Shown here: in pieces, positions 1-7,899 of the stretch
Layout of the letters: each line of letters opens with the position of its first letter
How positions within the stretch are numbered: the first letter of the stretch is position 1
Source: a virus
Virus genome (UHGV): UHGV-0098678
Length of the DNA stretch: 38,888 nt
Reading direction: 5' to 3' (one strand)
Program-made: the position numbers and the translations under genes
The notes under the pieces: model-generated
Seen by the model: the letters and a program-made list of their open reading frames with translations, nothing else
Told to the model about the DNA's origin: nothing
The model's database searches: none

Positions 1-49
1 TTAATGTAAGTACCGTCCACGGCGTGGGACATACTTCAAGGAACCTTTT

Positions 50-241
50 GTGAGTCAGGCAACCAGTATGCGAAAACGACACCGATTTAACAGTCGCATG
101 ACCCGTATCGTACTGCTCATCAGCTTTATCTTCTTCTTTGGCCGTTTTATCTACTCGTCCGTCGGTGCCTGGCAGCACCATCAGAGCAAAAAAGAAGCTC
201 AGCAATCCACACTCTCCGTCGAATCACCGGTACAACGTTAG
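50..241 (+). CDS. hypothetical small membrane protein (start uncertain: GTG at 50 or ATG at 68)
   Basis: ORF of 63 codons with a basic N-terminus followed by one hydrophobic segment (IVLLISFIFFFGRFIY); AAGGA about 8 nt upstream of GTG 50. No recognisable family. Confidence 0.3.
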   Translation: MSQATSMRKRHRFNSRMTRIVLLISFIFFFGRFIYSSVGAWQHHQSKKEAQQSTLSVESPVQR

Positions 242-545
242 CGGTTACCTTCTCCACTCTCACAGAACATAACGGCACCTCGCTGTCGGATGCTTTTGCT
301 CTTTGAGATTATCAAAGCGGCAGATATTCTTTCATCTTAAATTTTACGTCTTTGTTCTGACTGCAGTTCGGCTGCGAAATAAATACATCATTAATACATA
401 TGTTGTGATGATGTATTTTTATAAATTATTCCCCACATGAATTTTAATAAATTTAATCTATTCCTTTATACGCAATACATTTACTTTCCTCTTTTGATGA
501 TCTTAAATGTCTTATTTTTCGTAATGTGTATAACAAGGAATAGTG

Positions 546-1061
546 ATGAAATTTAAAAAATGTCTTCTGCCTGTGGCAATGTTAGCGTCATTCACTCTGG
601 CAGGATGCCAGTCAAATGCTGATGATCATGCCGCCGATGTTTATCAAACCGATCAACTGAATACCAAACAAGAAACTAAAACCGTTAATATTATTTCCAT
701 TCTTCCCGCAAAAGTTGCCGTAGACAACGCCCAAAATAAACGGAACGCACAAGCCTTCGGCGCGCTTATTGGCGCTGTCGCTGGCGGTGTTATCGGCCAC
801 AACGTCGGGTCTGGCAGCAATTCCGGAACGACGGCAGGTGCAGTTGGCGGCGGAGCTGTAGGCGCGGCAGCGGGTTCTATGGTGAATGATAAAACCTTAG
901 TGGAAGGTGTTTCTTTAACATATAAGGAAGGCACCAAAGTGTATACCTCCACCCAAGTGGGTAAAGAGTGCCAGTTTACGACAGGTTTAGCCGTTGTTAT
1001 TACCACGACGTATAACGAAACGCGTATTCAGCCAAATACCAAATGTCCTGAAAAGAGCTAA
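546..1061 (+). CDS. outer-membrane-type lipoprotein with glycine-zipper region
   Basis: ATG at 546 preceded by AAGGA; signal peptide with lipobox LAGC (MKFKKCLLPVAMLASFTLAGCQ); Gly/Ala-rich zipper GALIGAVAGGVIGHNVG...GAVGGGAVGAAAG typical of glycine-zipper 2TM lipoproteins. Confidence 0.65.
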   Translation: MKFKKCLLPVAMLASFTLAGCQSNADDHAADVYQTDQLNTKQETKTVNIISILPAKVAVDNAQNKRNAQAFGALIGAVAGGVIGHNVGSGSNSGTTAGAVGGGAVGAAAGSMVNDKTLVEGVSLTYKEGTKVYTSTQVGKECQFTTGLAVVITTTYNETRIQPNTKCPEKS

Positions 1062-1076
1062 TAATCAGGAGGAGTC

Positions 1077-1616
1077 ATGAAGAAAGTTTTTCTTTGCGCC
1101 ATCTTAGCCTCCTTAAGCTATCCGGCTATCGCCTCATCATTGCAGGATCAACTCTCGGCTGTCGCAGAAGCGGAACAGCAAGGTAAAAATGAAGAGCAAA
1201 GGCAGCATGACGAATGGGTCGCGGAGCGCAACAGGGAAATCCAGCAAGAGAAGCAACGTCGCGCAAACGCCCAGGCCGCGGCTAATAAAAGAGCGGCAAC
1301 GGCAGCAGCGAATAAGAAAGCTCGTCAGGATAAACTGGACGCCGAAGCCACTGCGGACAAAAAACGCGATCAAAGTTATGAAGATGAGCTACGTAGCTTA
1401 GAGATTCAGAAACAAAAACTGGCGCTGGCGAAAGAAGAAGCCCGCGTTAAGCGCGAAAACGAATTTATCGATCAGGAACTGAAGCACAAAGCTGCGCAAA
1501 CCGATGTGGTGCAATCTGAAGCTGACGCAAACAGAAATATGACTGAAGGCGGTCGCGATCTGATGAAAAGCGTGGGTAAAGCAGAAGAGAATAAATCAGA
1601 TAGCTGGTTTAACTAA
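1077..1616 (+). CDS. secreted Lys/Glu/Ala-rich coiled-coil protein, unknown function
   Basis: Strong SD AGGAGGAG 3-10 nt upstream of ATG 1077; N-terminal signal peptide (MKKVFLCAILASLSYPAIASS); highly charged, probably helical remainder. Confidence 0.6.
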   Translation: MKKVFLCAILASLSYPAIASSLQDQLSAVAEAEQQGKNEEQRQHDEWVAERNREIQQEKQRRANAQAAANKRAATAAANKKARQDKLDAEATADKKRDQSYEDELRSLEIQKQKLALAKEEARVKRENEFIDQELKHKAAQTDVVQSEADANRNMTEGGRDLMKSVGKAEENKSDSWFN

Positions 1617-1653
1617 ACGATGTTAGTAACTTCAAACCTATAATTCTTTAGGA

Positions 1654-1688
1654 TAAAAAACCCTCTGTAGTAACAGAGGGTTTTGTTC
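1654..1688. terminator. bidirectional rho-independent terminator between convergent genes
   Basis: A-run, 7-bp stem CCCTCTG/CAGAGGG (1661-1667 / 1674-1680) with 6-nt loop, then T-run; sits between the + strand gene ending at 1616 and the - strand Rz gene ending at 1811. Confidence 0.6.
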
Positions 1689-1810
1689 ATTCATAGTGCA
1701 GGGTCAAATCATTCCCACTCAATTATTTACGATACACATAAACAATTGACTGATAACAACTTTCTTCCAAATGATTTTCACCGTACCGTTTTATATACCG
1801 TCACCGGAAA

Positions 1811-2308
1811 TCAGTGCCACGATTTTTGCTTCTTCAGTGAATCGTATTGCTGTTCGCAGGATTCTCCTGCAATCCGATACTTTTCAGCCTCAGCTGCTGT
1901 TGCGTTGTAAACTCGGTTGCTTTCTTCAAGCATGTCGGCGAGCACACCGATGACCTTGCTGGCTGGCGTGCCAGTGGGGAAAGATCCGGTATAGTGTTCG
2001 GCGAGTCGCTTGGTTTTGTCAAGCTCGGCGCGCAGGCTGTCAGCAGCGGCATTAGCATGCTCAGCATCAACACGCGCCACATCGATACGGGACTGTGCTT
2101 CACGTTCAATTTGTGTTTTCTCCTGATCACGTTGTGACCTGGCCTTATCATCAGCCTGTTTCTGATCTTCCTGTGCCTGCGCATACCCGGCGTCGTACTG
2201 ACGACTGCCGTGTGCATTCCAGGCTACAACTCCTGATATGACCAGAACAGCAAGCATCGCCATGATAACCAACTGTTTCCAGTATGCTTTTGCGAATGCC
2301 CAGATCAT
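1811..2308 (-). CDS. Rz-like inner-membrane spanin (i-spanin)
   Basis: Immediately downstream of the endolysin with ATGA stop/start overlap at 2305-2308; N-terminal TM segment (LVIMAMLAVLVISGVVAW) followed by charged coiled-coil; harbours an embedded lipoprotein ORF in another frame. Confidence 0.65.
   Translation of the reverse strand: MIWAFAKAYWKQLVIMAMLAVLVISGVVAWNAHGSRQYDAGYAQAQEDQKQADDKARSQRDQEKTQIEREAQSRIDVARVDAEHANAAADSLRAELDKTKRLAEHYTGSFPTGTPASKVIGVLADMLEESNRVYNATAAEAEKYRIAGESCEQQYDSLKKQKSWH
1834..2082 (-). CDS. Rz1-like outer-membrane lipoprotein spanin (o-spanin), embedded in Rz
   Basis: Alternative frame inside Rz: MWRVLMLSMLMPLLTAC with lipobox LTAC followed by a proline-rich segment (APSLTKPSDSPNTIPDLSPLARQP). 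Start codon choice is uncertain and there is no strong SD. Confidence 0.4.
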   Translation of the reverse strand: MWRVLMLSMLMPLLTACAPSLTKPSDSPNTIPDLSPLARQPARSSVCSPTCLKKATEFTTQQQLRLKSIGLQENPANSNTIH

Positions 2309-2934
2309 ACCGCCAGCACCTTACTGGCAGTGATGTACCGCGCGCGCCGGTCGTCGATGCCGTTCCGGCCACCATTGATAATCAGAGTTACACGTGCAAT
2401 ATCGCCGGTATACTTCATGCATCCTTTGCTGGCAAAGAACCACGCCGCGCTACGAGCCGCGTATTCGTCCTGCGCCAGCAGTTCAGGACTCTCCAGCAGG
2501 TCAACCTTAAGACCGTTTCCACAGTCACGATAGTTATTCAAACCGGTAATCTGGATAAGTCCGCGACCACGGTAATTCCAGCCATCACCAGAGGCATTGT
2601 TACCCATGCGTTTGCTGTACACCAGATTTGCGATCGCGCGCTGGCGCTCAAGTGGCAATGGTGGCTCACCAGCACGGCGGCCCAGTGCGTTAGCCTGTCC
2701 CTGGGTGAGACGCCCAGCCCGAACGAAGTTAGCCAGTCCGGTGACGCTGTAGTTGAAATTTTCCTGCAACCGGTTGAAGCCACCAGACTCATGCCCGACC
2801 TGAGCAATAAACATTGCCTGATCTTCGGGTTTGCTGATACCAAACTCTTTCATCGCAGAAGTTATATGCGAGAACCAGCGAGCGGCCAGCGCCTCGCTAA
2901 TACCAGCAGCTCGCTGGAATTGTTTAATCTCCAT
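2305..2934 (-). CDS. endolysin, glycoside hydrolase family 19 (chitinase-like) type
   Basis: ATG at 2934 (MEIKQF...); the longer track ORF to 3165 is an upstream extension overlapping the holin. Motif FIAQVGHESGGF resembles the GH19 catalytic signature; position between holin-like genes and Rz. Confidence 0.75.
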   Translation of the reverse strand: MEIKQFQRAAGISEALAARWFSHITSAMKEFGISKPEDQAMFIAQVGHESGGFNRLQENFNYSVTGLANFVRAGRLTQGQANALGRRAGEPPLPLERQRAIANLVYSKRMGNNASGDGWNYRGRGLIQITGLNNYRDCGNGLKVDLLESPELLAQDEYAARSAAWFFASKGCMKYTGDIARVTLIINGGRNGIDDRRARYITASKVLAV

Positions 2935-3232
2935 GTTTAGACCTCGATATTTTGAAAATATGAACAACGTTACCGCGTGTTTTAATAACCGCGGCAAGCA
3001 TGACAGCGTTGATAATGACCTCAGATAAATCCACAGCCATTGGCGTGCGTAACCAGATTGCATAGACGACACGAACAGGAATACTTGCCGCAGCAACAAT
3101 AAGGAAATAAGCAAGCCACCCTCCCCATCTTCGATGTTGAGAGCCGTTACGCCGGAATGTGACAACGCGAATTGCTATGCCAGTACAAATAACTGCATTG
3201 GTGATAAGCAAAAAAAACTCATGCGTTACCAT
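2924..3232 (-). CDS. holin-like membrane protein (holin or antiholin)
   Basis: 102 aa with 2-3 predicted TM segments; ATG at 3232 with GGGGAG upstream; directly precedes and overlaps the endolysin start. Confidence 0.5.
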   Translation of the reverse strand: MVTHEFFLLITNAVICTGIAIRVVTFRRNGSQHRRWGGWLAYFLIVAAASIPVRVVYAIWLRTPMAVDLSEVIINAVMLAAVIKTRGNVVHIFKISRSKHGD

Positions 3233-3623
3233 CGTCTTTTCTCCCCGGAATTAACTCGCGTGGATTATCGGAACGGTGATAGAGCCAGATGCCAATACGC
3301 ACGGCGACAATTGCTGACACGAATGCGCCTGCAGAGAAAACAATCCCTTTTTCAAAAGAGTCCTGCGTGATGGTAGGGATCAGGCTGGCTATGCCGATAA
3401 GAATTGATGCTGCTGGTTTGTAAAAGAGAAGGCCGCAAAGAAAGCTGAGCATCGACAGGAGCACCCGGCGACGGATGGGGTACTCTACTGCAGAGGTAAC
3501 AAAAATTACCGCCCCAGCCAAAGCCCCTAAAGCAACCTCCGGAGGGACACCTGCAATAACCGCAGCAAGAGAACTAACACTAAGCCACTGATTTGAAGTT
3601 TCATTGGTTAGTTGGAATGACAT
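3219..3623 (-). CDS. holin-like membrane protein
   Basis: 134 aa with several hydrophobic helices (LAAVIAGVPPEVALGALAGAVIFV, ILIGIASLIPTI, FSAGAFVSAIVAVRIGIWLY) and a charged C-terminus; first gene of the lysis cassette after the tail fiber. Confidence 0.45.
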   Translation of the reverse strand: MSFQLTNETSNQWLSVSSLAAVIAGVPPEVALGALAGAVIFVTSAVEYPIRRRVLLSMLSFLCGLLFYKPAASILIGIASLIPTITQDSFEKGIVFSAGAFVSAIVAVRIGIWLYHRSDNPRELIPGRKDDGNA

Positions 3624-3695
3624 AACGAAACCCGTTTATTTGCAAACACCCTGCTTCAGGAAAAGTATACCGCGCAACAACACACCATTTACGGT

Positions 3696-6158
3696 TCAAT
3701 TCCCTGTTAATTGCAAAACTTGCTCTTCCAGCTTTTTAACCCTGCGTCTCATCATCGCAGATTCCAGAATCAGAGCCTCTTCATAACGGATACCGTAACA
3801 TTCACCAGCCTCGACGGCTTCGCGTACCAGAACCTTTGTCTGTATAAGTGGGTAAACTCCTGCAGAATGCTCTTCTTCCGTCACATCCCTGTATTCTGCC
3901 GGGGTCTCATTCCACTTGTCATAACAGATAAATGCCAGTCGTGACACATCTATGCCTTCATTCTGAAATACACTGATAACATGCTGCGCAACTGCACCAA
4001 AGTGCCATCTTGCTCCGTCTTTACCTTTCACTTCGATCCTGTCAAGGTACTGGTATGAAACCCATTCCACTCTTTCCCATGCGTCCAGTATTTTCTCATC
4101 AATAACCTCTGGAGCAGTCTTGAAACGCGCATCGGACAGCACCGTAAACGCTGACTGGGTAAATCCCCCCGACCATGCACGACCAGCCAACCCAAGAGAA
4201 TAAGTATTCGTTGTCGATGGTGTCATGGCTGAATCAGAAAACTGTATATATTCTGAATTTCCAGTAGATATTCGAATATTTCCATTTATTAGCGACATAG
4301 TGCCTTTAGTATTATCACTATTGAATAATTTCAATTGCGAACTTATACCGCCTCCCACAGCCAGAGATACATCGCCTTCAGCAAGCATTCTGAATTTATC
4401 TGCAGAAACAAGCGTCTGGTTAGCAAGGTTAAAATATTTAACCCACCATTCAAAACGCCCTGACATAGTCCCAACGTACTGACCAAGCGCAGGGACGTGA
4501 ACAACATTGCTATTTGTAGTGCCGTCTATACTGGAAATACCAGTCACCGCTGATGCAGAACTCAGAATATTATTTCTGTCACCCGGATGTTTAATTTCAA
4601 CAAAGTTCCTGATACACCCTTCCTCGAAGGTAACCACGCCGGAAGAACTATACATGGGGAATATTGACGCATAATTACTGCGTGCAGCATCTAAGAAACG
4701 AATGGTTGTAGATGTCTGCAGATCTCCTGATTCATTTTTCCCATCACACCCAGTCATTAGAATATTACTGGCAATATTATTATTTCCATGAACGGTGACT
4801 CCGTGCGCCTGCTTTGCGTCCGATTCAGAGTAATCAACCAGCACATTCGAAATCAGGTTACCAGTCCCCTTGCCAACAACTACTGCGGCGTATTTTGGGT
4901 TGTTAGCCATTACACTGCTAATGATATTATTCGTTGGGGCAGTTTCCGTCTCAGTTCCATTGTAAACAACGTGCTGACACTCTTCACCAATAACATTGCT
5001 GACAATGTTATATTTTGCTGCTGTTTTAAGTTCCACTGCACCAAACTGAGGATAATTTCTGGCTATCACACCATCAATTAGCGTATTTTGCGATGAATCA
5101 AAAAGCACACAACCTGCTTTTTTATTATTTGCGAACCCTAAATACTCTCCTCTTATATCTCTAACAATGTAACCTGACGGAATACCATTATTCGGATAAG
5201 CGATCAAGCTAAATCCTGTTCCTCGCGTATTTGTAAATCTGATATTTTTAACCGATACATCATGGCCACCTGAAAATGACACCTGGTGTCCCTGCACACT
5301 ATCATCTGATTTATTTCCCATAATTGTTAGCGTACTAAGCATGCCACCATCGGGCATGTTAAAAACCAGATGATTACCATCTCTGTCATACTGTTTTATC
5401 GTTCCCCCACCTGTTCCGTACAAGCCACAACGTGAAAGAGAAACTAAAGATGTATTGAATACCCCTTCCGGAACAAAAACACTGCTAAACGAATGTAATG
5501 ATTTTGTAAAAGCATCCTTGTTATCATTTAAGATTCCATTTTGAGCTCCAAAATCCTTAATGCTGACACCATCACGCATCTTATCCTGGAACGTTCTGTA
5601 TACCGCTCCAGAACCATACTGAATAAACCAACCAAAACCACCAATAACTCCGGCGATTGCAGCATCGACATAATTACGCATTGAGCGATTATTTACAGCG
5701 TCCTGCTCAAGTGATGGATCGGCAAGGTTAGATATTCTGTTTTGCTTTGCATCGTAATATTTTGCAAGCAAAGATGGTTTCATCAATGCACGTCTGAACC
5801 ACCCAAAACATCGCTGGATCAGCATCGTCAGGTAGTCAAATGCATCCTCATGAACTTCGGGGAAAAATTTTCCCTGATTGCGAAGATCAGTCTCCTGCAC
5901 CACATCAAGCACACGCTCTATCGTGATTCGCCAGCCAGCAGCAAGCGGCGACGGAAGAACCACTGCACCGCCACTATAAGTTCCCGCCCCTGTTACCGTA
6001 TAACCAGCATCCAGCACTAGTTTTGTAACGTTACCGTTAAGGTCAGACACCTGAACAACCAGGTCGGATTTTTTGAAAATACGGAAGGTATACGGAAATG
6101 ATGTCGTAACGCCGTTACCTGTGTATTCGTTGTGGTCAACTTCGGTTGAGACCGTCAT
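3696..6158 (-). CDS. tail fiber / tailspike with T7 gp17-like N-terminal adaptor, central beta-helix-like region and C-terminal S74-type intramolecular chaperone domain
   Basis: 820 aa. N-terminus (YTGNGVTTSFPYTF ... NRISNLADPSLEQDAVNNRSMRNYV) matches the T7 tail-fiber N-terminal domain pattern; C-terminus contains SDARFK and a coiled-coil tail typical of self-cleaving chaperone domains; SD GGAG 8 nt upstream of ATG 6158. Confidence 0.75.
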   Translation of the reverse strand: MTVSTEVDHNEYTGNGVTTSFPYTFRIFKKSDLVVQVSDLNGNVTKLVLDAGYTVTGAGTYSGGAVVLPSPLAAGWRITIERVLDVVQETDLRNQGKFFPEVHEDAFDYLTMLIQRCFGWFRRALMKPSLLAKYYDAKQNRISNLADPSLEQDAVNNRSMRNYVDAAIAGVIGGFGWFIQYGSGAVYRTFQDKMRDGVSIKDFGAQNGILNDNKDAFTKSLHSFSSVFVPEGVFNTSLVSLSRCGLYGTGGGTIKQYDRDGNHLVFNMPDGGMLSTLTIMGNKSDDSVQGHQVSFSGGHDVSVKNIRFTNTRGTGFSLIAYPNNGIPSGYIVRDIRGEYLGFANNKKAGCVLFDSSQNTLIDGVIARNYPQFGAVELKTAAKYNIVSNVIGEECQHVVYNGTETETAPTNNIISSVMANNPKYAAVVVGKGTGNLISNVLVDYSESDAKQAHGVTVHGNNNIASNILMTGCDGKNESGDLQTSTTIRFLDAARSNYASIFPMYSSSGVVTFEEGCIRNFVEIKHPGDRNNILSSASAVTGISSIDGTTNSNVVHVPALGQYVGTMSGRFEWWVKYFNLANQTLVSADKFRMLAEGDVSLAVGGGISSQLKLFNSDNTKGTMSLINGNIRISTGNSEYIQFSDSAMTPSTTNTYSLGLAGRAWSGGFTQSAFTVLSDARFKTAPEVIDEKILDAWERVEWVSYQYLDRIEVKGKDGARWHFGAVAQHVISVFQNEGIDVSRLAFICYDKWNETPAEYRDVTEEEHSAGVYPLIQTKVLVREAVEAGECYGIRYEEALILESAMMRRRVKKLEEQVLQLTGN

Positions 6159-6262
6159 GTTAAATCTCCAGATAGTCGCAGCACCCGTTGCGCCGCATAT
6201 CTGGTTATTCTATTACCCAAAAAACCATATATGGATAGAAAGACTGTGAATATGAATAGATA

Positions 6263-6277
6263 TTACCTTTCAGGTAA
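6263..6277. promoter_or_regulatory. 15-bp palindrome TTACC-N5-GGTAA (putative repressor operator)
   Basis: TTACCtttcaGGTAA, extended palindrome aTTACC...GGTAAt at 6262-6278; about 40 bp upstream of the LexA box and antirepressor gene; same core as the site at 24915. Confidence 0.5.
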
Positions 6278-6314
6278 TTTGCAAAACGTGCTGGATAGCA
6301 AACAAATTATTTGA

Positions 6315-6334
6315 TACTGTATAAATATACAGTT
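6315..6334. promoter_or_regulatory. LexA (SOS) box
   Basis: tACTGTataaatatACAGtt: CTGT-N8-ACAG with AT-rich spacer, matching the gammaproteobacterial LexA consensus TACTGTATATATATACAGTA; ends 6 nt before the ATG at 6340. Confidence 0.8.
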
Positions 6335-6339
6335 ATTGC

Positions 6340-6612
6340 ATGGAGAAGATTAAGATGCAGCAGTATCACTATCCACTGGAAGAGGGATTTACCGAAAGGA
6401 TTCACACGCCGGGAGGCGTCAGGTCACTGGTGGAGGGATCGCACTTGATGAAATTACTCCGGGATCTCGATAAGGATGGATTTAATGTCGATGGCCCACT
6501 TGCCGAACTGACTGCACTGATTAACTACGTCACCAGCTCACAGATGTCTATGCAGGATCTGCAAACACATCTCGACTATTGTGCCGAACAATTACGAAAA
6601 CAAACCAGATAA
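6340..6612 (+). CDS. small LexA-controlled antirepressor-like protein (start 6340 or 6355)
   Basis: 90-aa ORF directly behind the LexA box; about 75 aa align with the C-terminal domain of the adjacent Bro-N protein (LMKLLRDLDKDGFNVDGPLAELT vs LMNLLNQLQDDGHDVSGAAAELT; QDLQTH vs RDIQTH). Confidence 0.55.
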   Translation: MEKIKMQQYHYPLEEGFTERIHTPGGVRSLVEGSHLMKLLRDLDKDGFNVDGPLAELTALINYVTSSQMSMQDLQTHLDYCAEQLRKQTR

Positions 6613-6643
6613 GGTTTGAAATTACCAAATGGAGTGCTTATAT

Positions 6644-6658
6644 TTACCTTTGCGGTAA
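6644..6658. promoter_or_regulatory. 15-bp palindrome TTACC-N5-GGTAA (putative operator)
   Basis: TTACCtttgcGGTAA inside a 19-bp perfect palindrome atTTACCtttgcGGTAAat (6642-6660); itself flanked by inverted repeat GGAGTGC/GCACTCC. Confidence 0.45.
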
Positions 6659-6751
6659 ATTTACATTGCACTCCTCTTGTGCCATAGTAATCAGGCACTG
6701 GCAAAATCCAGTGCCGGGATTGGTCTCCCGGATTACTACAGAGGCACATAT

Positions 6752-6771
6752 GCCGCATAAGCGGTTTTTTT
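6752..6771 (+). terminator. weak rho-independent terminator candidate
   Basis: Short GC stem (CCGC ataa GCGG) followed by seven T residues, about 140 nt downstream of the small antirepressor ORF. Confidence 0.3.
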
Positions 6772-6925
6772 ATGTGTAAAGCGCACCTATTCTATGGTGG
6801 GCTGTGTGGGGGCACCGAAAGGTGCGCCGGGTTCCTTTGTAGCCGGTAAGACCAACTCTGCACAGTTCACCACCATCTGATTGGTCTCAGCGGTGGTGAT
6901 TAACCTAACTACAAAGGTGATCGCC

Positions 6926-7618
6926 ATGAATACCAAACCTTCCATCTTTTCCTTTGAGTCATCCTGCCAGATCCGTATGTTCATGATTGACGGAGAACCT
7001 TGGTTTGTCACCAAAGATGTGTGCAATGCTTTGAATATTGATGTTACACAAGCGAGAAAACTTGATAAAAAAGGCTGGAACAAAAAGGGGCTGTATTCAA
7101 TACAGACCCCTGGTGGAATACAAGAACTATCCATCGTTTCAGAATCAGGTCTCTACATCCTTATTCTGCGTTGCAAAGAGGCAATGACAGAGGGAACGAG
7201 AGCATTCAGATTTCTTGAATGGGTTACAGGTGAGGTTCTTCCTCAGATCCGCCGCACCGGAAGTTACATTAAAAACTCGCTCCCGCAGGAAGAACGCATA
7301 AAGATGGTTGCCGACCAGGTAGCCAACGCCACAGCATCAGCAGTGATGCAGGCAATGAAGATAGAGAACAAAACCTACAGTGCCCCACTGAAGCCCGGCT
7401 ACCGCAGCCTGATTCACTCGCCGTCTGGTGTTCTCGGCCTGACGGAGAACTCACTGCTGATGAATCTGCTGAACCAGTTACAGGACGACGGGCACGACGT
7501 ATCGGGCGCGGCGGCGGAGCTGACCACCATGTTCTGCTACATCGTTGGTGTGAGCAAATGCCTGCGTGATATCCAGACGCACGCGGAGTACATCAACGAC
7601 AAGGCAGGGTTCTTCTGA
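6926..7618 (+). CDS. Bro-N domain antirepressor
   Basis: ATG at 6926 with SD AAAGGTGA; N-terminus FSFESSCQIRMFMIDGEPWFVTKDVCNALNI matches the Bro-N/antirepressor fold; C-terminal domain is paralogous to the small ORF at 6340-6612. Confidence 0.75.
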   Translation: MNTKPSIFSFESSCQIRMFMIDGEPWFVTKDVCNALNIDVTQARKLDKKGWNKKGLYSIQTPGGIQELSIVSESGLYILILRCKEAMTEGTRAFRFLEWVTGEVLPQIRRTGSYIKNSLPQEERIKMVADQVANATASAVMQAMKIENKTYSAPLKPGYRSLIHSPSGVLGLTENSLLMNLLNQLQDDGHDVSGAAAELTTMFCYIVGVSKCLRDIQTHAEYINDKAGFF

Positions 7619-7684
7619 CGGGCGGCGGCACAGGGATGTGCCTTTAAAATAATCATTGGCGATGTGATGTAGATTCGCGTAATA

Positions 7685-7699
7685 TTACCTTAAAGGTAA
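7685..7699. promoter_or_regulatory. 15-bp palindrome TTACC-N5-GGTAA (putative operator)
   Basis: TTACCttaaaGGTAA immediately upstream of the SD (AGGAGG) and ATG of the 55-aa ORF at 7712. Confidence 0.45.
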
Positions 7700-7711
7700 A
7701 GGAGGCGCGAT

Positions 7712-7879
7712 ATGACAGCGTTGAAAAATCGTACTCAGCACAATGAACAAGCCAAGCAATGCTGGGATGTCATTGGAAAAGTTATGCTTGGTCGCGCAAG
7801 CAAAGAGCGCGACAAGGATATGGTTTACCAGACAGGAACATCTTTTAGCGACTTCAAGGCGGCATTTCGCTCCAAATAG
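7712..7879 (+). CDS. hypothetical small basic protein (55 aa)
   Basis: Not in the ORF track (under 60 aa); ATG 7712 with strong SD AAAGGAGG; translated by hand as MTALKNRTQHNEQAKQCWDVIGKVMLGRASKERDKDMVYQTGTSFSDFKAAFRSK; stop TAG 7877-7879. Confidence 0.45.
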   Translation: MTALKNRTQHNEQAKQCWDVIGKVMLGRASKERDKDMVYQTGTSFSDFKAAFRSK

Positions 7880-7899
7880 AAGCACATCAGGAGTTTTCC

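Noticed and set aside
1834-2217. 127-codon ORF in an alternative frame of the Rz gene
   Set aside because: Only the distal part beginning at MWRVLMLSMLMPLLTAC looks like a gene (the Rz1 lipoprotein); the upstream part is an Arg/His-rich frame artefact.
2305-3165. 286-codon track ORF suggesting a much longer endolysin
   Set aside because: The upstream 77 codons overlap the holin-like gene in another frame and lack lysin motifs; the ATG at 2934 (MEIKQF) gives a normal-size GH19-type endolysin.
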